This document shows positions 50,182-58,866 of a DNA stretch of 64,000 nucleotides, in pieces. The notes below the pieces were generated by a model. That model did no database searches and was not told the DNA's origin. It was given only the letters and a program-made list of their open reading frames with translations. A program made the translations under genes and the position numbers. Numbering within the stretch: position 1 is the stretch's first letter; each line of letters starts with the position of its first letter. The DNA is from Gemmatimonadota bacterium (lineage in GTDB: Bacteria > Gemmatimonadota > Gemmatimonadetes > Longimicrobiales > Gaopeijiaceae). The stretch is from assembly GCA_039589315.1 (NCBI GenBank), contig JBDHHQ010000007.1:1-64000 (forward strand), in the 5' to 3' direction.

Positions 50182-53100
50182 ATGCAAGCAAACGCGCGCC
50201 GCCCCCTTCTCACCTTGTGGGCAATGGCGATGGCCATGACCACGGCCCTGCAGGCACAGCCCGCCGAAGACCCGAACGTCGTGCACGACCCCAGCCTCTT
50301 CTCGGCTCTCGAGTACCGGACGATCGGGCCCTACCGGGGTGGCCGGGTCACTGCCGTGACCGGGATCGCCGACCGGCCCTTCACGTTCTTCATGGGCTCC
50401 ACGGGCGGCGGCGTCTGGAAGACGGTCGACGCGGGCGAGACCTGGGAAAACGTCTCGGACGGCGACTTCGACGTCGGCTCCATCGGAGCCATCGACGTCG
50501 CCGACTCGGACGCCAGCGTGATCTACGTCGGCACAGGCTCGGCGGGCATCCGGGGCAACGTGTCCATCGGGCGGGGCGTCTACCGGTCGTATGACGGGGG
50601 CAAGAGCTGGGAGCACGTGGGCCTCCGGGAGGCCGGTGCCATCAACCGCGTCGTGGTCCATCCGGAGGAGCCCGAGCTGGTGTACGTGGCTGCCCTGGGT
50701 AACCCGTTCGGGAAGAACGAGGAGCGGGGCGTCTTCCGCACCCGGGACGGGGGCGAGAGCTGGGAGAAGGTCCTCTTCGTGGCCGACAGCGTGGGTGCCA
50801 TCGACCTTGCCATGAATCCCGCCAATCCCCGCGTGCTGTACGCCGGCATGTGGCGGGCCGAGCGGAAGCCCTGGACGCTGGTGGACGCGTCCGAGGACGG
50901 GGGGGTCTTCAAGACCACGGACGGTGGCGACACCTGGGAGAAGCTGGCCGGAGGCTTGCCCGAGGGCCTGACCGGGAAGATCGGCCTGGCCGTATCGCCG
51001 GCGAACCCAGACCGGGTCTGGGCGCTGGTGAACGCGCACGACCCCGAGGGCGGCGTCTACCGCTCCGACGATGCCGGTGCCACCTGGGAACGGGTCAACC
51101 GGGACCACAAGCTGCGGCAACGGCACTGGTACTACTCGCACATCGATGCCCACCCCACCGACGAGAACACCGTCTTCGTCCAGAACACGCGGTTCTACCG
51201 GTCCATCGACGGTGGTGGGGAATTCGATCAGATCGACGTGCACCACGGCGACGTCCACGACCTGTGGATCAATCCGACCGACCCGGACATCATGATCGTG
51301 TCCAACGACGGAGGCGCTCAGGTCAGCCTCACGGGCGGGGGTAGCTGGTCGACACTGCTGAACCAGCCCACCGCCGAGTTCTACCGCGTCACCGTCGACG
51401 ACCAGTTCCCCTACCGGGTGTACGGCGCCCAACAGGACAACTCCACCATCACCGTGCCGTCGTGGAGCCCCGGCGGCATTACGCCGACCCAGGAGTGGTA
51501 CTCGGTGGCCGGAGCAGAGAGCGGCCACATCGCCGTGACCCCGGGGAATCCGGACCTGGTCTACGCGGGGAACTACCTGGGTCGAATCGATCGGTACGAC
51601 CACAGGACGCGGTCGGCCCGCAACGTCATCGCCTACCCCCAAATGCAGGACGGGACGGCGCCCAAGGAGCTGAAGTACCGGTTCCAGTGGAATGCGCCCA
51701 TCGTCATCTCGCCCCACGACCCGGAGACCGTGTACCACACGTCCAACTACGTGCACCGCACCCGGGACGGGGGCATGACGTGGGAGACCATCAGCCCCGA
51801 CCTGACCACCAACGACACCACTCAGCAGGAGCTGCCCGGCGGGCCCCTCCAGCACGACCACACCGGGGTCGAAGTCTACAACACGGTCTTCGCCTTCGCG
51901 GAGTCGCCGCACACGGCCGGAGTGCTGTGGGCAGGGAGCGACGACGGGCTGATCCATCTATCGCAGGACGCCGGGGCATCGTGGACGAACGTGAGCCCTG
52001 CCGACATGCCGGACCAAGGCACGGTGAACGCCATCGAGCTCTCCCCCCATGCAGAGGGCCGCGCCTACGTCTCGGTCTACAACTACCGGATGGACGATTG
52101 GCGACCGTTCGTCTTCAGAACGAACGACTTCGGTGCCACGTGGACGCTGCTGACGGACGGACGGAACGGGATCGCCGTCGATACCCCGGTCCGGGTGGTG
52201 CGGGAGGACCCCGAACGGGAAGGGCTCCTTTACGCGGGCACCGAGTTCGGCATGTTCGTGTCCTTCGACGACGGTGCGCACTGGCAGTCGCTCCAACTGA
52301 AGCTGCCTCGAACGCCTATCACCGACCTTCGCGTGTACCGGGACGATCTGGTGGTGGCGACGCAGGGGCGCTCCTTCTGGATCCTGGACGACCTGACGCC
52401 TCTCCACGACCTGGGCACGTGGACGGCTGGCGAGTCGCCCCACCTCCTGTCCCCCCGGCATGCCTACCGCGCGAGCATGTCGGGCCGATACCGGGGTGAC
52501 CGCGCGCCTGAAGCGCCACCACAGGGGGCCACGATCCACTACCACTTGAACGAAGCCCCCGAGGGCGAGTTGACCGTGGAGATCCTCGACGGTGAGGGCA
52601 GGGTCCTGCGGACGTACACCGGTGCCGCGGAGGACGAAGAGGACGAAGAGGATGAGGACGAGGACGAGGACGAGGACGAGAACGAGAAGGAGCCCGACAA
52701 GACCGAGTTCATCGAAAGGAAGGATCGGGCTCCTCAGAAGGCGGGCCTGAACCGCCTGGTGTGGGACTTGAAGGCTCCGGGTCCCCGGACGCTCCAGGGG
52801 TCGGTCATGTCTCTGGGCTACACCGGTGGCGCCTGGATTCCGCCCGGTACCTACCAGGTGCGGCTGTCGGTCGACGGCTGGTCCGACACGAGGGAGCTGG
52901 AGGTCCGGGCCGACCCCCGCCTTTCCGTGAGCCAGGAGGATCTGGACGAGCAATACCGTGTGACCCTCCAGGCCCGGGACATGGTGACCGCGTCCCACGA
53001 GGCCATTCGTGCGATCCGGCTGGCCCGCGGGCAACTGACCTCGGCCGTGGTCCGGGTTCAAGCCGGGGACCACGGCGATGAGGTCGAGAAGCGCGTGCGC

Positions 53101-53427
53101 GAGGCTGCGGATTCGGCGGCGGCCCACCTCACCGTGGTCGAGGAGCGGCTGATCCAGACCAAGAACGAGTCCGGCCAGGATCCTATCAACTTCCCGCCCC
53201 GGCTCGACAACCAGCTCGTCTACCTGTACGGGCACGTCAACGCGGCGTACGGCCCACCGACCCAGGGCGCGATGGAACGCCTGACCGATCTTCGCGGCGA
53301 GCTGGACGCTCGGTTGACTGAGCTGGAGGCGCTCCTGTCCACCGAGCTGGCGGACTTCAACCGCCTGCTGGAGGAAGCCGGTGTCCAGAGCGTGGTCGTC
53401 CCGACGGGACGCAGGCCTGTTTCGTAG
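50182..53427 (+). CDS. Exported BNR/Asp-box (VPS10/sortilin-like) glycosyl hydrolase-like protein
   Basis: IGPYRGGR, many S/TxDGGxTW Asp-boxes, GAQQDNS, RFQWNAP, ISPDLT, ATQGRSFWILDD. Confidence 0.9.
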   Translation: MQANARRPLLTLWAMAMAMTTALQAQPAEDPNVVHDPSLFSALEYRTIGPYRGGRVTAVTGIADRPFTFFMGSTGGGVWKTVDAGETWENVSDGDFDVGSIGAIDVADSDASVIYVGTGSAGIRGNVSIGRGVYRSYDGGKSWEHVGLREAGAINRVVVHPEEPELVYVAALGNPFGKNEERGVFRTRDGGESWEKVLFVADSVGAIDLAMNPANPRVLYAGMWRAERKPWTLVDASEDGGVFKTTDGGDTWEKLAGGLPEGLTGKIGLAVSPANPDRVWALVNAHDPEGGVYRSDDAGATWERVNRDHKLRQRHWYYSHIDAHPTDENTVFVQNTRFYRSIDGGGEFDQIDVHHGDVHDLWINPTDPDIMIVSNDGGAQVSLTGGGSWSTLLNQPTAEFYRVTVDDQFPYRVYGAQQDNSTITVPSWSPGGITPTQEWYSVAGAESGHIAVTPGNPDLVYAGNYLGRIDRYDHRTRSARNVIAYPQMQDGTAPKELKYRFQWNAPIVISPHDPETVYHTSNYVHRTRDGGMTWETISPDLTTNDTTQQELPGGPLQHDHTGVEVYNTVFAFAESPHTAGVLWAGSDDGLIHLSQDAGASWTNVSPADMPDQGTVNAIELSPHAEGRAYVSVYNYRMDDWRPFVFRTNDFGATWTLLTDGRNGIAVDTPVRVVREDPEREGLLYAGTEFGMFVSFDDGAHWQSLQLKLPRTPITDLRVYRDDLVVATQGRSFWILDDLTPLHDLGTWTAGESPHLLSPRHAYRASMSGRYRGDRAPEAPPQGATIHYHLNEAPEGELTVEILDGEGRVLRTYTGAAEDEEDEEDEDEDEDEDENEKEPDKTEFIERKDRAPQKAGLNRLVWDLKAPGPRTLQGSVMSLGYTGGAWIPPGTYQVRLSVDGWSDTRELEVRADPRLSVSQEDLDEQYRVTLQARDMVTASHEAIRAIRLARGQLTSAVVRVQAGDHGDEVEKRVREAADSAAAHLTVVEERLIQTKNESGQDPINFPPRLDNQLVYLYGHVNAAYGPPTQGAMERLTDLRGELDARLTELEALLSTELADFNRLLEEAGVQSVVVPTGRRPVS
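52630..52692 (+). repeat. Acidic low-complexity tract including (GAGGAC)4
   Basis: Encodes EDEEDEEDEDEDEDEDENEKE in frame; hexamer repeats at 52654-52677. Confidence 0.8.
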
Positions 53428-53577
53428 GATGCGCACGGCGCTCGCCGGATGCCTGAGGCTGACATGGCACAGGGAGCGGAGATACGACCGCACCCGTGCG
53501 CCAGCGCTCGAGGACAAGCCGACGGCTCACGGCGCGGCTCCGGGCTCGGGCCTCGACCCGAGGGGCCGGAGCAGCCC

Positions 53578-55350
53578 CTAAGGCGCGGGTAGCTCCCGCC
53601 AGTTGTCGTCGCGGTCGGTATCCGGCAGCACGAACCAGGGGTCGAGGACCACGAAGGGAGGGCGCTCGGGCGTGACCATCCTCACGGTCTGAGTGACGGC
53701 CGAGCCGTCGACCACCTCCACGTGGTCCCCCGCCAAGACGACCACCGGCATCCAGGCGTCACCCCGCCGGATCACCTCCACCTCGGTCACCCAGTCGCCG
53801 GCCTCGTCCTGGCGCTGCTCGATAGCACCCAAGGCGTAGTCCAGCGTCGCGGTGGAGTGGACCCACTGGTCGAAGAACCAGCCCAGGTCCTCGCCCGAGA
53901 CCTCCGCCATGGCGCTGTGGAAGTCCTCTTCGGTCACGTGTTGCAGCTTGTTGCGATCGTAGTAGGTGCGGAGTGCCTCGCCGAAGACGTCGTGGCCCAG
54001 GTACTCCCGGAGCATGCGGTACATGACCTCCGCCTTGTCGTAGGCCAGGTGGCCATACGTGGAAAAGTCGGGCATGTCCTCGGACAGCGTGTCCATGGGC
54101 ACCGGCACGCCGGCCGCCTCCCTCCGGGCCACCCCAGCTACCGTGGCGCTCCACGGGTCAGCCTGACCGCGGTCTTCCATGAACCAGGACACCAAGAACG
54201 AGGCCATGCCCTCATCGAGCCAGGCGTCGCGCCATTCGTTGTTGGCCAGTATGCCGTGGGCGAACTGGTGCGCGGTCTCGTGGGTGATCAGACCCTGGCT
54301 CGAGCCCCCGTTCCCGATGAACATGGGAAACTCGGTGCCTCCGGTGTCCAGCCGGTGGGTGATGGTGAGCTGGGGCCACGGGTATTCGCCCAGGGTCTCC
54401 TGAAGCCAGCCCAGGGCCCGGGCGGTCTTCCGAACCACGGCGCCCAGGTCCCACTCCACGTCGCCGGGGAGGAAGAGGACGTGGATCGCCACGTCGCCCA
54501 GGTGCCCTCCCTCGTACATGTAGGCCGGATCGGTGGCCCAGGCGAAGTGGTGGACGTCCTCCGCGTAGAAGCGCACCCGCTTGCGCCCGGGGGCGAGCTC
54601 CTGGGGTAGGAAGTCCGGCGAGACGGGCGCTCGCGGTTGGGCGTAAAACCCCGTCACGTCCACGGGGTCGCCGCCCGGACTGTCCCCAGTCGGGCGCCAC
54701 CCGGGGTCCCCCTCGAGCGGCACGCCCGTCGCGCCCACGACCTGGTCCTCGGCCAAGTCCAGGGTGACGTCGTAGATGCCGAACTCGCCGTAGAACTCGC
54801 CCTGGGGATAGAGCGGGTGGGGCTGCCAACCATACCGGTCGTAGGGCGCGATGCGGGGATACCACTGGGCGAAGTCGTAGTGGCGCCCCTGCCGGCACTG
54901 GCGTCGGCACAGGGTGGCCGGGCGTGCGTCCCACTCGAAGCTCACGACGACGGAGTCGCCGGGCTCCAGTGGATCGGGGAGGTCCACCCTGGCCACCGTC
55001 GAGTCGGGGGCGTGGGGGAACGTGACCTCCAGGGGCCGGTCTCCGACGCGCATCCGATGAAGCCGCTCGTACCCGTAGTCGGGATCCTCGAGGGCGCCGA
55101 ACTGGAGGCTCTGACGGCGCTCCACCCTGGACCAGATGCTCCCGGGCCTGAACGCGTTGAGGTGCAGATGGAAGTAGAGCTCTTCCAGCGCGTCCGGCGA
55201 GCGGTTGTGGTAGACCATGGTCCCACCCGCCCGCAGGACCTCCGCCTCCTCATCGAGCTGAGCCTGGATGGTGTAGTGGACCTCTTGTTGCCAATAGTCG
55301 TTCGGCTCGTGCGCCTGCGCCACGAGGATCAATGCCAGAATTGGGACCAC
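53578..55350 (-). CDS. M1 family aminopeptidase
   Basis: AGGAGGA SD before GTG; YWQQ, AQWYPR, GGTEFP, HETAH...NEWRDAWLDEG, AYDK. Confidence 0.9.
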   Translation of the reverse strand: MVPILALILVAQAHEPNDYWQQEVHYTIQAQLDEEAEVLRAGGTMVYHNRSPDALEELYFHLHLNAFRPGSIWSRVERRQSLQFGALEDPDYGYERLHRMRVGDRPLEVTFPHAPDSTVARVDLPDPLEPGDSVVVSFEWDARPATLCRRQCRQGRHYDFAQWYPRIAPYDRYGWQPHPLYPQGEFYGEFGIYDVTLDLAEDQVVGATGVPLEGDPGWRPTGDSPGGDPVDVTGFYAQPRAPVSPDFLPQELAPGRKRVRFYAEDVHHFAWATDPAYMYEGGHLGDVAIHVLFLPGDVEWDLGAVVRKTARALGWLQETLGEYPWPQLTITHRLDTGGTEFPMFIGNGGSSQGLITHETAHQFAHGILANNEWRDAWLDEGMASFLVSWFMEDRGQADPWSATVAGVARREAAGVPVPMDTLSEDMPDFSTYGHLAYDKAEVMYRMLREYLGHDVFGEALRTYYDRNKLQHVTEEDFHSAMAEVSGEDLGWFFDQWVHSTATLDYALGAIEQRQDEAGDWVTEVEVIRRGDAWMPVVVLAGDHVEVVDGSAVTQTVRMVTPERPPFVVLDPWFVLPDTDRDDNWRELPAP

Positions 55351-55410
55351 GTTTCCTCCTCTTGGTTCTTCACATGGGCCGAGACCGGATAACGTCCGAC
55401 GTATGTGGGC

Positions 55411-55650
55411 GCAATCCCCTTGAACCGGCTTCCCGAGATCAAGCGACGTGCTCCCGAGTTGTATGACTCGCTCGAGTACCACACGTCCGGGACCAAGCTA
55501 CTGCTCAAGTTCGTGTTCAGCCGGGAGATCTCGCTCTTCAACCGGATGATCCGATCGGAGCGAGGGGGCGTGCCGCTCAGCGACGATGCGACGCCGGATC
55601 GGGCCGTCCTCGCTGAGGAAGCCGAGCCGGCGAGCAGCGACGCGGCCTAG
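55411..55650 (+). pseudogene. C-terminal relic of a DEGS/DES1-like (sphingolipid delta-4) fatty acid desaturase
   Basis: AIPLNRLPEIKRRAPELYDSLEYHTSGTKLLLKFVF..ISLFNRMIR matches the IPxxRLPxxxxxAPExYDxLxxHxSW pattern that follows the last His box; in-frame TAA at 55390; His boxes absent. Confidence 0.6.
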
Positions 55651-55735
55651 CGAGCGACACCGGGTCCAAGCGTTTCCAGGACCCCCGCTGATCAGAGCCG
55701 GCAGGGGCCCACCCGCTGATTGGCAGGGCCAGCTC

Positions 55736-57403
55736 CTACCGCGAACGAGACAGGAACGCCCTCGCGTTTCGAACAGCCTCCGGGTGCGCGTCGGCGTCCG
55801 GCGACGACAGGATTCTCTCGTACAGCCTTCGGGCCTCGGCGACGTCGCCCTCGCGTGCCGCGAGTGCGGCCGCGTTGGCCAGGATCACGGCGTGTTCCGG
55901 CTGAAGCTCGAGGGCGTCAGCGTACAGCTGCCTCGCGTCGGCAATACGCCCGAGCATCCAGCTGCTGTTGCCCATGCCCAGCAGTGCTTCGGCGTTCTGT
56001 TCCAGTTCATTCCACTCGGTATACGCCCGCAGGCTCTCCTCGTACCTCTCCAGCTTGGCCAACTGCTGCGCGAGGGCGCGGAGCAGCTCCGACCGGTCGT
56101 CTTCTTCGGCGACCCGCTCCAACCCGAGGCGGTACGAGCCGAGAACCGTTTCGAAGCTCTCGATGCGCTCGTAATGCAATCCCAAGCCGAGATACCCGAC
56201 GGCGCGAGCCGAATCCTGCGCCACGACCTTCGACCACAGCGTCTCCTCGCTGCGCCAGTCCCCCAAGGATCGCCCGGTCAGGAACGTGAAGCAGCCGAGG
56301 ACCAGTGTCGCCACGACGAAGGCCGACCCCGGCTGTGTCGATCGCAACGCGCCCGTGACCGCGACCCCGATCGCGACCATCATGACCGAAGGGAGGTACA
56401 GGAACCGGAGCGCGAAAACTCCCACCTCATGGAAGCCGAGCAGGAGGGTCACGGCGCTGGTACATGCTCCCCACAGCACCCAGAAACGCAGGTCAGGACG
56501 ACGCACGAAGAGCGCCACGAAGAGGGCGGTGGCTGCGGCTCCCAGCGCGATGTCCAACCAGCTCGCCACGCCGCCGACCGGATAGCTGAAGTGGACCGGG
56601 TTTGGCCAAGGAACCAGCAGGTATCGAGCCGTCAGCAGGGACTGCTCGAGGGACCGCACCAACCCGACCCCCGAAAAGGCCAGGCCCGTTCCTCCCACCA
56701 CGGCGCCGCGCACGACGACGAACATTCCGACGAGGCCGGCCGCTACCCAGTGCCGCCAGCGGTGCGGTGGCGGCACGCGGCCATACGTCAGGAGGTCGAA
56801 CGTCAACAACAAGACCGGAAAGACGACGGTCGTCTCTTTGACGAACACCGACCCCGTGAAGAGCGCTAAGCTAGCGAAAAGCACACCCGCGTTCCGGGAC
56901 TCCCGATAGTGCAGATAGGCCAGGAAGGCACCGAGGAAGAACATTCCCGCGACGACGTCGGTGCCGCCCGAGATCCAACCCACCGCCTGCGCGTGGGCCG
57001 GGAACAAGCCGAAAGCCAGGGCTCCCACCCACCGGACCCACTGCGGGTATTGCGGGAAGATCGCGTCGAATATGCGCAGGACGAGCAGGGTGTTGACGAC
57101 GTGGGCCAGGAGGGTCGCTGCGTGGAACCAATAGGGATCGGGTCCAGCCAGCGCATGGATGACGAAGTACCACAAGAGATAGAGGGGGCGATAGAGCCTG
57201 CCGTCGGTGAGCTCGAAGGCGGAGCTGGCCCAGACGCTTTCGGTGAAGAACCGGGGAATGGCGCTTGCCGACCCCAGGTAGGGGTTCTCCCCGATCATCG
57301 GCCAGTCATCGGAGATGAATCGGCCGGCCAAGCTCCTGAGATAGGCCAACGCCACGATGGCCACGGTGCTCAGATAATACAGTGGCGTCGGAATGCGCTG
57401 CAC
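55736..57403 (-). CDS. TMTC-like GT-C glycosyltransferase with C-terminal TPRs
   Basis: FISDD..IGENP, YRPL, FH...LLAH..N, HAQAVGWISG, FVKE, RFLYLPS, WRSEETLW, then TPR helices; start uncertain. Confidence 0.8.
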   Translation of the reverse strand: MQRIPTPLYYLSTVAIVALAYLRSLAGRFISDDWPMIGENPYLGSASAIPRFFTESVWASSAFELTDGRLYRPLYLLWYFVIHALAGPDPYWFHAATLLAHVVNTLLVLRIFDAIFPQYPQWVRWVGALAFGLFPAHAQAVGWISGGTDVVAGMFFLGAFLAYLHYRESRNAGVLFASLALFTGSVFVKETTVVFPVLLLTFDLLTYGRVPPPHRWRHWVAAGLVGMFVVVRGAVVGGTGLAFSGVGLVRSLEQSLLTARYLLVPWPNPVHFSYPVGGVASWLDIALGAAATALFVALFVRRPDLRFWVLWGACTSAVTLLLGFHEVGVFALRFLYLPSVMMVAIGVAVTGALRSTQPGSAFVVATLVLGCFTFLTGRSLGDWRSEETLWSKVVAQDSARAVGYLGLGLHYERIESFETVLGSYRLGLERVAEEDDRSELLRALAQQLAKLERYEESLRAYTEWNELEQNAEALLGMGNSSWMLGRIADARQLYADALELQPEHAVILANAAALAAREGDVAEARRLYERILSSPDADAHPEAVRNARAFLSRSR

Positions 57404-57675
57404 GGCCTCTGGTTCGGATCCCACGTCAGGCGCGGGGATCGGTGCTCGGGTTGGACGGAGCCGCCGCGATGGCCGTCGGGTCAGTCCAGATCGAGCCAGT
57501 GGCGTCCTCCAAGCCCTACCTCCGGATCGGGTCGACAATCAGCACGTCCGTGAACCTGGGCGCGGCAAGCTAACGCCAATGCGGCTCTGCGCGACTCAGC
57601 GGCTGACAGGAAGATCGGCTAGCTTAAGTGCCCCGGCGCAGAATCACCACACAATCCAACACGGTCGGCATCGAA

Positions 57676-58009
57676 ATGGCCTCTGATCTGAGTTTCGTCG
57701 AGTACGTGGTGGACCAGCTCGCCGAGGACTGTGCGGTCACCTACAAGAAGATGTTCGGTGAGTTCGGCCTCTACAGCTGACGGGAAGCTGTTCGGGTTGA
57801 TCTGCGACAATCGGCTCTTCGTGAAACCCACGGTGGGCGGTCGCGCGTTCATCGGGGACGTGGTCGAAGCGCCACCCTACCCGGGGGCCAAGCCGAGTCT
57901 CCTGATCGAGGGGCAGATCGAGGACGGAGAGTGGCTGAGTGAGCTGGCGAGGATCACTACGCGCGAGCTACCGGCTCCGAAGCCCAAGAGGCGGAGGAGG
58001 AAGGGCTGA
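57676..58009 (+). pseudogene. TfoX/Sxy N-terminal-domain family gene split by a +1 frameshift
   Basis: Frame A MASDLSFVEYVVDQL..TYKKMFGEFGLYS-TGA (57778-57780); frame B continues DGKLFGLICDNRLFVKPT..APPYPGAKP..LPAPKPKRRRRKG. Confidence 0.8.
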
Positions 58010-58098
58010 TCTCGAGCCCCTCAGGCAGCCCCGCTCAGATCGAGGCTGCCCGGACCGTGCCTTCGGGCCCAAGTCGGCGCGTCCGCCGCAAGCGTCAG

Positions 58099-58407
58099 TC
58101 ACGTGGCACCTCGTGATTCGAAGTGTCCGATGGGCGCCTCCGACAACGTCAACCCGTCGCACTTCGCATCGAGCGCCGAGTATTCCGCACCGTAGCGGCG
58201 TCTGAATTCGCCGTAATGATCCGCGGTCTCCCAGCGGTCGATCGTAATGAACCGCAGAGGGTCGGTGAGGTCTCGCAGTAACGCGGTCCCGAGGTAGCCC
58301 GAGGCCCGGCCGAAGAGGGACGCCCACGCTCCATCATCGCCGTAGTGCTCGAGGAAGGACTCGACCGTGTCGGGACGCACTCGGTACTCCCAGAGGTAAA
58401 CGAACAT
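58099..58407 (-). CDS. Antibiotic-biosynthesis-monooxygenase (ABM)-like small protein
   Basis: MFVYLWEYRV...FLEHYG..GAWASLF...GYLGTALLRD...RFITIDRW. Confidence 0.78.
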   Translation of the reverse strand: MFVYLWEYRVRPDTVESFLEHYGDDGAWASLFGRASGYLGTALLRDLTDPLRFITIDRWETADHYGEFRRRYGAEYSALDAKCDGLTLSEAPIGHFESRGAT

Positions 58408-58554
58408 CGCTGTGCGGAGATTGGGTTGAAGTGCGTGGAGATGATGGTCGCGCTGGCCTCGGTCACACCCGACGAAGCGGCGCCTGCCGAGTGGCTTCGC
58501 TCCAAACTCGGCCCCTCCGGTAAACGCGTTCCGGGGCGGCCTGGCGGACTGCGG

Positions 58555-58643
58555 TTCCACCTGCCCGCAGCGCAGCGACGTGGAGTCCCTCGAGCCGTCG
58601 GGATGACGCCTTGATACTTGCTCGAGATGGTCACAGTGGGCAA
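58555..58643 (-). pseudogene. Degraded AbrB/MazE/SpoVT-type antitoxin N-terminus
   Basis: TTG-PTVTISSKYQGVIP, then after a frameshift RDSTSLRCGQVE; no toxin gene follows. Confidence 0.5.
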
Positions 58644-58866
58644 GACGCTTACTGCTTCCCAACGGCCGCGCCGGGCCTCGAATGGAAGAGGCTCCTGCCC
58701 CGAGAACCACCTGAGCCGGTCCGGTGCTCCCGCATCGCCTTCCCACAATCCACCGGCACCGTTCCGTGTGTCTCCTGGTGCCTGATGAGCCGGCCGGCAC
58801 CGCGTCCAACATCCTGGGCGCACTGGGTGTCTTTGGTGTTGCATGCCATTCCCAAGGAGCTGTTTC

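Noticed and set aside
49846..51957. Apparent 1104-aa dipeptidase fusion (ORF 48643-51957)
   Set aside because: The extension is the antisense of the BNR gene; the dipeptidase has its own signal peptide from ATG 49845.
52630..52692. CRISPR-like or phase-variable repeat
   Set aside because: In-frame 6/9-bp units encode an acidic linker; there are no spacers and length changes would keep the frame.
57778..57780. Selenocysteine readthrough of the TfoX TGA
   Set aside because: Similarity continues in a different frame, so readthrough would not restore the protein.
57540..58100. Integron attC sites around the TfoX/ABM genes
   Set aside because: RYYYAAC-like words occur, but without a paired GTTRRRY, a long imperfect palindrome or an integrase.
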